Shown here: positions 40,946-49,608 of the stretch, piece by piece
Layout of the letters: each line of letters opens with the position of its first letter
Numbering within the stretch: the stretch's first letter is position 1
Origin: Patescibacteria group bacterium
Lineage (GTDB): Bacteria > Bacteroidota > Ignavibacteria > Kapaibacteriales > Kapaibacteriaceae
NCBI GenBank assembly: GCA_044238605.1
Contig: JBIICY010000004.1
Location: 29,395 to 93,394, forward strand
Reading direction: 5' to 3'
Length of the DNA: 64,000 bases
The notes under the pieces: model-generated
Databases searched by the model: none
Told to the model about the DNA's origin: nothing
The model's input: the letters and a program-made list of their open reading frames with translations, nothing else
Position numbers and translations under genes: made by a program

Positions 40946-41149
40946 ATGGAACTACTTTTGGCAATACTTGTCTGGCTTGGCTTGCTTATGCCAGCGCAAC
41001 AGATAACTTCATCGCAGTACGACGAAATCATCAATACAAATTCACAAGCAATATGTGCTGTCATCGATGACAGCGCCACTGCACAACAGGCTCTATACCA
41101 ATACTCGACGAAGCCAGCAGCCATCGTAATAGACCCTTTAACACGTTGA
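40946..41149 (+). CDS. Small secreted / membrane-anchored protein (cassette B small gene), paralog of 27109..27318
   Basis: MELLLAILVWLGLLMPAQQITSSQYDEIINTNSQAI ... AAIVIDPLTR. A conserved hydrophobic N-terminus and an IDP C-terminus are shared with the cassette A small protein. Confidence 0.45.
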   Translation: MELLLAILVWLGLLMPAQQITSSQYDEIINTNSQAICAVIDDSATAQQALYQYSTKPAAIVIDPLTR

Positions 41150-41177
41150 TCACAAACACTTTGAGGACATTCCCCGT

Positions 41178-41816
41178 ATGAACATTTACATTCGTCAACA
41201 AAAGTCCGCGACCATATTGTGGCTGTTGTTAACAATCATGTCATTTGTTAGCTTTTCGAATGCCAACGCTCAATGCCCAACATCGTGTCCTCCTACACCC
41301 GACTGTCATGCTGATGCGTGGAACGGCCCAGAACAAACCACCTACATTCTGTGCGTGGGCGGTAGGCCGTGCACCATTACAGTGCAGTACTGCTACAGAA
41401 GGGCATGTGGTGTTTTCAATGATGTGGCTGTTACGTGCATTGCCTTTTCAGATCCAAGCTGCGCCTCAAACTACACCATGGCACAGATTGGTGAGTTCGC
41501 TGCTAACGCAGCTTTCAATCATCGATATCAACAAAATGATACCAACTATACGGGTATTGCCACCTGCCCGAGTTTTACCGTTAGCTGGCGAGTGTATGCG
41601 GCTTCATGTTGGCTCAATCGCGATGGTAACTTGTTACCATGTGCCGGAAGTGGTCAGTGCTTTGCCACGTACAAAGTATGTTTGGACCTGATGCAGTACG
41701 GATGCAATGATGTACCCCAGCAGCGGATTCGATCAACTCGGGCAACAGTGATTGCCTCCGGCAATTGTCCGCAATGGACTCCTGAAGCAACACCCTGTTT
41801 GGAATGGTGTGAATAG
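41178..41816 (+). CDS. Cysteine-rich secreted protein (18 Cys), unknown function
   Basis: Signal peptide MNIYIRQQKSATILWLLLTIMSFVSFSNANAQ followed by a CPTSCPPTPDCHAD ... Cys-rich mature region. Confidence 0.5.
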   Translation: MNIYIRQQKSATILWLLLTIMSFVSFSNANAQCPTSCPPTPDCHADAWNGPEQTTYILCVGGRPCTITVQYCYRRACGVFNDVAVTCIAFSDPSCASNYTMAQIGEFAANAAFNHRYQQNDTNYTGIATCPSFTVSWRVYAASCWLNRDGNLLPCAGSGQCFATYKVCLDLMQYGCNDVPQQRIRSTRATVIASGNCPQWTPEATPCLEWCE

Positions 41817-41818
41817 TT

Positions 41819-44071
41819 ATGAAGCTGGCCCTACATTTACTCATCGCTACCTGCCTACTATTAGGCAGTGCTTCCGCTCAAGACTGGCAGCGTTATCCGG
41901 TGTTCCCGCCGGGGTATGCTCGAGTGTGTGCTACAGAGACACAAGCAAATGGAGAAGTAGTAGCTCTGGATATCTGTGGGCGCATCATCGATGCCAAGAC
42001 GGCGCGAGTAATCTCGTATCCCAATCGAGGCTCCTCGGTTGACAATGCGTTGCGGACGGAGTCTGGCTGGTTGATACGATATCTCGACGGATCGCTTTAC
42101 GTTGGTCAAACGTTAGCCGGCGATTTATCAAAGCGTCATGATAGCGTATTGCAGATCGTTCCAGATCGAAACGCGGGAGCCTATGTTGCCGCATCAAACG
42201 GTGATATCTATGCACTGACAAATGGCATGTTGACGAAGATCGGTTTGTGTTCCAAGGTAAAGACCATTGCTGGTGTGGATCAGAAACGGCTCTTTGCTCT
42301 TGATTCCGCAGGCCAGCTCTTTGATATGAGATTCCAGCAAGTTGGCTCTGAATGGAAGCTGCAGAAACTGCAATCATGCAATTCATACAGGGATATCAGC
42401 AAGTTTGTCTGTGTGATGATGAACGATTCATTGCTGGTTCGTAAAACGAATGATGCCTATAGCATCTACACCATGAGTAATGATTCACTCCATGCTGAAT
42501 TCAACATGCGCTCCATACCTGGGTTTGAACCTATCACCACCCTGAAACACGTAGGTGCTGTTGGTGCTATTGCCAGTAATACCGGTGTTGTGCTGTTCGA
42601 GATGGGAACGCGATTTGACGAGTGTCAGATCTATCCTGTAGCCTGTGCAGCATTGAGATTTAGCAGCAGAACATGGACGTTATATGCACGCGACCAGCTT
42701 GTTGATGGTCGTCTGACGTCGGCCGAGATTATCGCTGATACGCTCGTATACGGGACAACAAACGGGAGCATCACCCGCGTTGATCCGGCAGGCTACCGAA
42801 CGCTGGTTCGCAGACCAATGCGTGGCGACCTTGTTCGTTGGCTTGGATCGGTTCGTAATGGCAGCACGGTTGTATTCTATACCGAAACGGTAACCTGCGA
42901 TTCAAACAATCCAGCTGGGATACTGTTTGCGGTCTGGGACGCAAAAAATCGTGAGTGGGGGCGCGTTTTCGATGTAGTTGCTTCGCCCACGTGGCCGTAT
43001 AGTGATGGAAATGGCTTGCCGGGCTGTGATGTATCAAAAGCCAACAATAGAATTGTGTTTTCGCGGCTCAATGCGATCATGATTGTCGATTTGTCTACCG
43101 GCACCATCCTTCGTGAGACGCGGCTACCTGAGGCAGTAGTCAGTTTGCGATATCTTCAAAATCACTCGATCTTGGTGTCAGGTAGTACTCAGCGTTTTGT
43201 CGTTGATACCTTGTTAGTCGTTCGAGATCAAACAGTGTACACTGATTGTTCAATGCGGTATGTTGTCGGTTCGTCCATAGATCTCGACGGCAATTGTCTT
43301 CTCAATGTTGGCGCCAGCAACTATGCAGTTTATCACGCGGCATCTGGGAATTTGTCACGAATCATGAACGATTTGGGCTATTCTTCCGTGGAATGCGCAT
43401 TTCTCGGAAACCGGCCTGAGTTTCTGGTTGTTGGAGAACGTGACGGTAGAATAGAAGTACGAATGTTGAGTCGAAATGATGTGAATCTTGTGGGTTCGTT
43501 TTCCGCTGGCAACCCATCTCCAAATGTGACAGCACAAAGCGGAAAGCTGTCGGATGGTCCGGACTATGTTCGCCCATTTTGGGCGGCGCCCTCGTTTGTT
43601 ATCGTCCGTGGAAAGGAGCGCGACGTGCGTTATGTGCCTCCACCAAGGGGCTGGTTCCCACCAACGCCTACCCGAGACCGGTGGACGAACAGTGGTCTGC
43701 AACACCAGCTCGATGACAGCACGTATATGACCATCTTTTCACAGTCAGAGATGTGGGTTTACACGCTCCGTACGCAGGGAACGAGTGTTGCAGGTGAATC
43801 GCAATCACGTCAGCTCAGTGTCTATCCTAACCCGGCACATGACGTGGTCACGGTTTCGATAGATGCTACAATCACAGCCGGTGGCATGCCTTCAATGCTT
43901 CGACTGATCAATTCTCATGGTAGCATCATTGCACAACAAGAACTGCTCACGGATGGATCTACGTCGTTTCACACGCACAGTTTCTCACTTGCTTCGTTGC
44001 CCTCCGGCGTCTACTTCGTCGAGGTCATTGGATCTTCTACAACAACCATCCCCATTTCTGTGGTACGGTGA
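41819..44071 (+). CDS. Large secreted protein (probable beta-propeller/beta-rich) with a T9SS C-terminal sorting domain
   Basis: Signal peptide MKLALHLLIATCLLLGSASAQ. The C-terminus LSVYPNPAHDVVTVSID ... LPSGVYFVEVIGSSTTTIPISVVR is a classical T9SS CTD. Confidence 0.6.
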   Translation: MKLALHLLIATCLLLGSASAQDWQRYPVFPPGYARVCATETQANGEVVALDICGRIIDAKTARVISYPNRGSSVDNALRTESGWLIRYLDGSLYVGQTLAGDLSKRHDSVLQIVPDRNAGAYVAASNGDIYALTNGMLTKIGLCSKVKTIAGVDQKRLFALDSAGQLFDMRFQQVGSEWKLQKLQSCNSYRDISKFVCVMMNDSLLVRKTNDAYSIYTMSNDSLHAEFNMRSIPGFEPITTLKHVGAVGAIASNTGVVLFEMGTRFDECQIYPVACAALRFSSRTWTLYARDQLVDGRLTSAEIIADTLVYGTTNGSITRVDPAGYRTLVRRPMRGDLVRWLGSVRNGSTVVFYTETVTCDSNNPAGILFAVWDAKNREWGRVFDVVASPTWPYSDGNGLPGCDVSKANNRIVFSRLNAIMIVDLSTGTILRETRLPEAVVSLRYLQNHSILVSGSTQRFVVDTLLVVRDQTVYTDCSMRYVVGSSIDLDGNCLLNVGASNYAVYHAASGNLSRIMNDLGYSSVECAFLGNRPEFLVVGERDGRIEVRMLSRNDVNLVGSFSAGNPSPNVTAQSGKLSDGPDYVRPFWAAPSFVIVRGKERDVRYVPPPRGWFPPTPTRDRWTNSGLQHQLDDSTYMTIFSQSEMWVYTLRTQGTSVAGESQSRQLSVYPNPAHDVVTVSIDATITAGGMPSMLRLINSHGSIIAQQELLTDGSTSFHTHSFSLASLPSGVYFVEVIGSSTTTIPISVVR

Positions 44072-44127
44072 AGCTGTTCGCTGCTCGCTGTTCGCTACTC
44101 GCTGTTCGCTACTCGCTGTTCGCTACT
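44072..44127. repeat. Tandem heptamer array RYTCGCT (8 units), the reverse-complement orientation of the AGCGARY family
   Basis: agctgttcgctgctcgctgttcgctactcgctgttcgctactcgctgttcgctactc starts at the TGA of the T9SS cargo gene. Confidence 0.8.
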
Positions 44128-44165
44128 CTTTCTTATCTTCGCACGTCTCATCAATCACACACCAC

Positions 44166-44252
44166 GGAGAGGTGCGAGAGTGGTTGAATCGGACGGTCTC
44201 GAAAACCGTTATAGGAGCAATCCTATCGAGGGTTCGAATCCCTCCCTCTCCG
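44166..44252 (+). tRNA. tRNA-Ser (anticodon CGA), type II with a long variable arm
   Basis: Acceptor GGAGAGG/CCTCTCC, anticodon stem ACGGT/ACCGT with loop CTCGAAA, variable arm TATAGGAGCAATCCTATC, T-arm GAGGGTTCGAATCCCTC, discriminator G. Confidence 0.8.
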
Positions 44253-44275
44253 CAGGCTGGTGAGCGTTGAAGATT

Positions 44276-44359
44276 GGGCGAGTGCTGAAATTGGCAGACA
44301 GGCGGGTCTCAGAAGCCCGTGTTCGCAAGAACGTGTGGGTTCAAGTCCCACTTCGCCCA
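44276..44359 (+). tRNA. tRNA-Leu (anticodon CAG), type II
   Basis: Acceptor GGGCGAG/TTCGCCC, D-arm TGCTGAAATTGGCAGACAG (as in E. coli tRNA-Leu), anticodon stem CGGGT/GCCCG with loop CTCAGAA, variable arm TGTTCGCAAGAACGT, T-arm GTGGGTTCAAGTCCCAC, discriminator A. Confidence 0.8.
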
Positions 44360-44444
44360 CAAAACTGATCAACGGAAAACCGGGAAACCTTCCGTATTTT
44401 GTCGCTGTTTGGATAGCGATTACTCCTCACACTGATCAGGCGAT

Positions 44445-45737
44445 ATGTCACTACCGGTTTCGAATTCGGCTACGATTGAACGCGTAGAAAAGCTCCGTCA
44501 ATCAAAGATCCTGCGTGAAGTTCAGGACAAAGACACTGTTGCAATGTTCGAAGATCCGCTTGAGAACGATATGGTTCTCAACATGGGTCCGCAGCATCCT
44601 GCCACTCACGGCGTGCTTCGTGTGCTGTTGCGCCTTGATGGCGAGACGATCGCTAAGTGCGTTCCAGAGCTAGGATATCTGCACCGTGGATTCGAAAAGC
44701 TCGCCGAGAGCTGCACGTATCACGAGTTCATTCCGCACACAGACCGCCTTGATTATCTGTCACCCCTTTCCAACAATGTTGGAATCTGTATGGCGATCGA
44801 GAAGGCAGCAGGCGTACACGTGCCTGAAAGGGGCGTGTGGGTGCGTATGCTTGTGAGTGAGCTTGCCCGTATTTCATCGCACCTGCTGGCCATGGGTGCT
44901 ACGTCGATGGACGTTGGGGCATTGACGCTGTTCCTCTGGACGTTTACCGAGCGCGAAAAACAATACGACTTGTTTGAGCGTATCTGTGGCGCACGCTTTA
45001 CTACGAGCTTTGCCCGTATCGGTGGTGTTGCAAATGATATCCCAGACGATGTGCTTCGCGACGTGCGCGCATGGCTTAATCAGCTTCCAGAGCGCATGAA
45101 GGAAGTAGAAGGCCTTGTTAACCGTAACCGCATCTTTGTTGATCGTATGGCAGGTGTTGGACACATTACTGCTGAGAAGGCGATCGACCTTGGTCTTACA
45201 GGACCAACACTGCGCGGCTCGGGTGTTGCACGCGATCTTCGCCGCGACCAGCCGTACATGTTCTACAATCAAATGGACTTTGACGTCATCACCCGTAACG
45301 ACGGTGATTGCTACGCACGATACTCTGTGCGAAATGCAGAGATCTGGGAATCAATGAAGATCTGTCACCAGGTGATTGATCGTCTCGAAAAGATGCCTCG
45401 CACACCTGTATTGGCAGAAGATCAGCCGCAGTCGGTTCTTTCGCGCAAGGCAAACATCTATACAAAGATGGAAGAACTGATCAACGACTTCATGATCATC
45501 AACTTTGGTACGATGCCTCCTGCAGGTGAAACGTACACTGCTATTGAGTCTCCGAAGGGCGAGTTGGGCTTCTTCATCGTAAGCGACGGCACAGGTCATC
45601 CGTGGAAACTCAAGATCCGCTCACCGTCATCAAGTAACCTGCAGGCACTGAAGCACATGTCAGAAGGCTCAATGGTTTCCGACGTAGTTGCAATCATCGG
45701 TTCGATCGATCCCGTGATGGGCGAGGCAGACAAGTGA
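44445..45737 (+). CDS. nuoD: NADH-quinone oxidoreductase subunit D (49 kDa subunit), encoded without neighbouring nuo genes
   Basis: VLNMGPQHPATHGVLRVLLRL ... ESPKGELGFFIV ... DPVMGEADK. Confidence 0.85.
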   Translation: MSLPVSNSATIERVEKLRQSKILREVQDKDTVAMFEDPLENDMVLNMGPQHPATHGVLRVLLRLDGETIAKCVPELGYLHRGFEKLAESCTYHEFIPHTDRLDYLSPLSNNVGICMAIEKAAGVHVPERGVWVRMLVSELARISSHLLAMGATSMDVGALTLFLWTFTEREKQYDLFERICGARFTTSFARIGGVANDIPDDVLRDVRAWLNQLPERMKEVEGLVNRNRIFVDRMAGVGHITAEKAIDLGLTGPTLRGSGVARDLRRDQPYMFYNQMDFDVITRNDGDCYARYSVRNAEIWESMKICHQVIDRLEKMPRTPVLAEDQPQSVLSRKANIYTKMEELINDFMIINFGTMPPAGETYTAIESPKGELGFFIVSDGTGHPWKLKIRSPSSSNLQALKHMSEGSMVSDVVAIIGSIDPVMGEADK

Positions 45738-46142
45738 TCAGGTACTGAAGACTACAGCTAAGGACGTTACAAGAAGGAGCGTAACAATGGGCAACCATAG
45801 TCGACGCTCCTTTTTACTTGGCGTTATTGCGTTCATGATGGTTCCCAAACCGCAATAGCCAAGGACTCCCCATGATAACGTCATGCTGAGTTGGTGATAT
45901 TCAGGGAAGAGGTATCCTGCCCGTATCTCAATGATTAGGGCAAAGAACAGCACGATTACTGCCGACAATGCCGAGGCTAGTCGTAAACCGATTGGTAATC
46001 TGCCAGGAAAACGTCCGCCCCATGCATAGTCGCCCCATGGCGCTCCGGATGCCAATGCAATCTGAAACCCTACAACGACCATCGCAGCGACCGTAAACAT
46101 GTGGGCCATAGTTTCCATTTTGTCTAAATTCATGAATGCCAC
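45738..46142 (-). CDS. Hypothetical small membrane protein
   Basis: Four predicted hydrophobic helices. No motif. Confidence 0.45.
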   Translation of the reverse strand: MAFMNLDKMETMAHMFTVAAMVVVGFQIALASGAPWGDYAWGGRFPGRLPIGLRLASALSAVIVLFFALIIEIRAGYLFPEYHQLSMTLSWGVLGYCGLGTIMNAITPSKKERRLWLPIVTLLLVTSLAVVFST

Positions 46143-46735
46143 AACCGCACAACATAACCCCAGAGCGTAAGGCGAAAATTACGCGAGTATTGCAGAAGCG
46201 TCAACCGACGCTAACGGTTGTCTTTGAGAACGTGCACGATCCTCACAACGTAAGCGCAGTGATACGCTCGTGCGATGCAGTTGGCGTTGCGGAAGCGCAT
46301 GGGATTTACTACGGACGCACAGTGTTTCCAGATCTCGGAGAGAAGTCATCTGCAAGTGCGCGCAAATGGGTTGATGTGCATTTACACCAGACAGTAGATG
46401 ACTGCTATTCGGCTCTGCGAAGCAGAGGTTTTGCGATCTACACAACGCACATGTCGAGCGATGCAGTATCCTTGCATGATCTCAATCTAACCCAGCCCGT
46501 TGCGCTGGTGTTTGGCAACGAGCACTACGGTGTTTCCGACGAGGCGCGTGAGAAGGCCGACGGAAACTTCCTGATACCGCAGATGGGGATGATCCAGTCG
46601 CTGAACATCTCGGTCGCCTGCGCCGTTACGCTATTTGAAGCGATGCGTCAGCGTTTAGCAGGGGGCTTGTACAGCACCCCGCAATTTGATGCTGAGGTGC
46701 TGACACAGAAGATCGAAGACTGGTGCTCGCGGTAG
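46136..46735 (+). CDS. SpoU/TrmH-family RNA 2-prime-O-methyltransferase
   Basis: TLTVVFENVHDPHNVSAVIRSCDAVG ... LVFGNEHYGVS ... SLNISVACAV is the SPOUT class. Confidence 0.75.
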   Translation: MPQPHNITPERKAKITRVLQKRQPTLTVVFENVHDPHNVSAVIRSCDAVGVAEAHGIYYGRTVFPDLGEKSSASARKWVDVHLHQTVDDCYSALRSRGFAIYTTHMSSDAVSLHDLNLTQPVALVFGNEHYGVSDEAREKADGNFLIPQMGMIQSLNISVACAVTLFEAMRQRLAGGLYSTPQFDAEVLTQKIEDWCSR

Positions 46736-46763
46736 AGCAGTTGCGCTTTCGCCTTGAGTGGCG

Positions 46764-47984
46764 TTATTTCCTGAGGAAACTCTCGAACCAGCCCTTCTGG
46801 TCCTGCACGCCATAGATGAACACACCACGGTGATCAGCGCTTTGTCCGGCAGAAAGTGCCTGTGTAGGACCACCGCCAACCAGCGTCTGAAATCCGGCAG
46901 GGAGTTCGGCGATATACACTGGTGTAACCTCGTCTCGTCCGCCATGATAACAGCGTAGCGGAGTAACACTGCGCCAGCGGTATCCATGTGTGTGCTGCAA
47001 CGTCTGCCAGTAAGGAGTTTCGCCACCGATGCTGGACTTTACAAAATCATCGTTGAGCATGTCCTTGACCTTGAACGGAACAATCTTTGAGTACTCCGAC
47101 CAGCCGATCTTGTTTGCATGGAGATCACGTGCGGCCTGCAAGTACTCCGGCTTGAATGCACCTGTAGAGAGTCCGGGTTGATTATAGTAAAACTCGTGAG
47201 CATTGATCTGCAGCGCTGCACAGCCGGTGAGGTATACTGCGTCTACCGGCTGGAAGTTGTTGATCCACCTGTTCATGATCGTATAAACATCGGCAGGAGC
47301 ACTCGCTGCGGCTGCCGCAGTTACGGGAATGCCGAGATTCTCGAGGTGATTGAGAAACACGAGTGTAGCCCAGCCCCCTTGAGACCAGCCGCTGAGAAAG
47401 AAGTTTGCGGGCTTATACCCCACGGCATCGAGGATGATCTTTGCTGTGTGAAACATGTCGGTACAGGCCTGCTGCGTGCTGGCCTTGACGAGGTAGCTGT
47501 CGGGTTCGTCTGAGAGCCCCTTACCGAAGTAATCTGCAGCAACAACGATGTAGCCATCACCGGCAAAACGGGCGATCATCAGACGAGTCTCGTATGATTC
47601 TTCAGGGAACGATGGAACTGCTGTCTTTGTAAAAACGGTTCCATGCTGATACATTACCACAGGCAGGTTTTTGTTGGTAACCTTGGGAACGGCAATCAGT
47701 CCCGAGGCGCGCGTAGGACGATTCAGCTGCTCTGGTACTACCGATGGATATGTTACACGGTAGAGATCAACAGCATTCTTTGCCTGCGGGAAGGTGATCG
47801 TGTTATCAGGTGCAAATTCCTGGAGCTCTGTCGACAATATCTTGTTGAGTCGATCAACCGAATACGTGCCAAGAAACTGATAGCTCAATCCTGAAGGAAT
47901 AGCGATCGGCGTCATGTTCGCAGGTTGGGCAACGGCTGATACCACAGCAACAACCACTGCCAGCACTGTGAGAACACATTTCAT
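46764..47984 (-). CDS. Secreted alpha/beta-hydrolase (lipase/esterase-like)
   Basis: Signal peptide MKCVLTVLAVVVAVVSAVAQP and a nucleophile elbow GWSQGG. Confidence 0.6.
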   Translation of the reverse strand: MKCVLTVLAVVVAVVSAVAQPANMTPIAIPSGLSYQFLGTYSVDRLNKILSTELQEFAPDNTITFPQAKNAVDLYRVTYPSVVPEQLNRPTRASGLIAVPKVTNKNLPVVMYQHGTVFTKTAVPSFPEESYETRLMIARFAGDGYIVVAADYFGKGLSDEPDSYLVKASTQQACTDMFHTAKIILDAVGYKPANFFLSGWSQGGWATLVFLNHLENLGIPVTAAAAASAPADVYTIMNRWINNFQPVDAVYLTGCAALQINAHEFYYNQPGLSTGAFKPEYLQAARDLHANKIGWSEYSKIVPFKVKDMLNDDFVKSSIGGETPYWQTLQHTHGYRWRSVTPLRCYHGGRDEVTPVYIAELPAGFQTLVGGGPTQALSAGQSADHRGVFIYGVQDQKGWFESFLRK

Positions 47985-48037
47985 GGACCTTCTCCTGTAG
48001 ATGTAAAATCAGACAACCGCAAATTACTTCGGGGGTG

Positions 48038-49096
48038 TCAATCGCCGCCAAGGTACATTTCGACCGTAAGAACCGCTTCGGTGCGCGCACGGACCGAAGG
48101 GTTAGCATCGATAACGGAAACAGAATCGATGGCTGTAAGCCTGCGCACATCGGCACGGATCGTGCACCAGGACGCAGCAGCATAGTTCATGGTTGCCGTT
48201 GCACCTGCAGCTGAAAGTTCATTGATCGGAAGGGGGCTGGCATAGCGGTCATCAGCAACGATTCCATGTCTATCAATCACATATTCACCCCGTAGACCAA
48301 CTTGCAATCGATCATCTACATCATAGTAGCATCCAAGTAATCCGCTAGTCATTACCAAACCTGGGGTAACAGACGTGGGCAGCTCAGCACCAATGTTGAC
48401 CTCACCAATCAGATGCCATGAACCACGATGAAGTGTTGCACTCATCTGCGTGTATGATTGGTACACGCGTTGCTCATTAAGTGGTTCTTCACTGAGAATA
48501 GAATTCCATGCAAGTTGGGTAAGGCTGTCTGGACGATACTCAAGGTTGAGCGAATAGGCAGGGATTTCGCCGTCGATCTCTAATCCGTTAAATGATGTAA
48601 GAACGTCGGCATGAAACAGCATAACATCAGACACAGCTACATAACACTTTACACCGCCAAAGTAGTTTGGATCGAAGAAGCCGGTAGTAGAAACGATACC
48701 ACTGTAGTTTTCTGATGGACGCAGCCCCTCAACACCGAAATGCGATAGGAACACACCCGCCTGAATATCCACGTCACTTGTAACTCGGTATCCTAACCAA
48801 CCTTCCTGAAGTGGAAACTGCTTGCCCCATACAGTCTGAGCAATATCTCCATACTGAAGCGATACCGCACCGTGTAATCGTTCTGCATCCAATTCAACGG
48901 TTCCGCGTAGGATGTTGAGCCCTGCGCCTGTCCTAGCCGCTGTATTCATGAGATCATGAAAATCATACCGTCCGTTATCGGCAGTATTGAGAGCATAGTA
49001 AGAGCTTGCTTCTGCAGACCACCGAAGGGGCTGTCGCGGTTGGGCATGCAGCATAGCCGCACTCAGCAGTATGACTACGAACGTGTAGATCATCAT
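48038..49096 (-). CDS. Outer-membrane beta-barrel protein (possibly CopB-like) downstream of the multicopper oxidase
   Basis: Signal peptide, alternating amphipathic beta pattern, and operon context with the multicopper oxidase and TlpA genes. Confidence 0.45.
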   Translation of the reverse strand: MMIYTFVVILLSAAMLHAQPRQPLRWSAEASSYYALNTADNGRYDFHDLMNTAARTGAGLNILRGTVELDAERLHGAVSLQYGDIAQTVWGKQFPLQEGWLGYRVTSDVDIQAGVFLSHFGVEGLRPSENYSGIVSTTGFFDPNYFGGVKCYVAVSDVMLFHADVLTSFNGLEIDGEIPAYSLNLEYRPDSLTQLAWNSILSEEPLNEQRVYQSYTQMSATLHRGSWHLIGEVNIGAELPTSVTPGLVMTSGLLGCYYDVDDRLQVGLRGEYVIDRHGIVADDRYASPLPINELSAAGATATMNYAAASWCTIRADVRRLTAIDSVSVIDANPSVRARTEAVLTVEMYLGGD

Positions 49097-49608
49097 CTAA
49101 CCGAAGTTATGATCTGGAGAATCGAGACGTGGTCCATATATGGCGATGTTGAATAGTGCTCGAAGATAACGGCTCTCTTGTGCAGAACCAGTATCCCGTG
49201 TAGCTCCGTTACAGAGCCATTTCGTTCATAGATCGTTGTTCCAAGTGCGCGTGATGTTTTGTTGTCGACATCGCTGCAGAGCAAGAAGACATCGCGCGCG
49301 AATTGGTACTGCCGGGTTACCTGAAGGCATTTCTCAACATCGTTTTCCGAGAATGCGATGATGCGCGCGCCAGAGGCGCGGAACTCTGATGTGTACTCCT
49401 GAAACTTGACAAGCTGCTGCATGCAGTGTGTACACATTGAGCCAAGGAACCGAATGGCGATCACCGGTGTAGAATCGGAAACAGCTGCAATGTCAATCGT
49501 CGTGCTGTCAGCAGAAAGAATCAACGGCAACCGCAATGCCGGATGCTGCGCACGAGCGGCTGTATGCAAAAAGAATAGAAGGACAATAGCATACACGATA
49601 CGGATCAT
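49093..49608 (-). CDS. TlpA-like thiol-disulfide oxidoreductase (thioredoxin fold)
   Basis: Signal peptide and active site CTHC in FLGSMCTHCMQQL. A 4-nt overlap with the multicopper oxidase gene. Confidence 0.6.
   Translation of the reverse strand: MIRIVYAIVLLFFLHTAARAQHPALRLPLILSADSTTIDIAAVSDSTPVIAIRFLGSMCTHCMQQLVKFQEYTSEFRASGARIIAFSENDVEKCLQVTRQYQFARDVFLLCSDVDNKTSRALGTTIYERNGSVTELHGILVLHKRAVIFEHYSTSPYMDHVSILQIITSVR

Noticed and set aside
44072-44444. Integrase / transposase or attachment-site duplication next to tRNA-Ser / tRNA-Leu
   Set aside because: No recombinase-like ORF, and no direct repeat of a tRNA 3-prime end, is visible anywhere in 39-46 kb. The islet idea therefore rests only on the repeats and the tRNA adjacency.
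43917-44487. Plus-strand ORFs 43917..44270 and 44260..44487
   Set aside because: They run through the heptamer array and through tRNA-Ser / tRNA-Leu, and are spurious.
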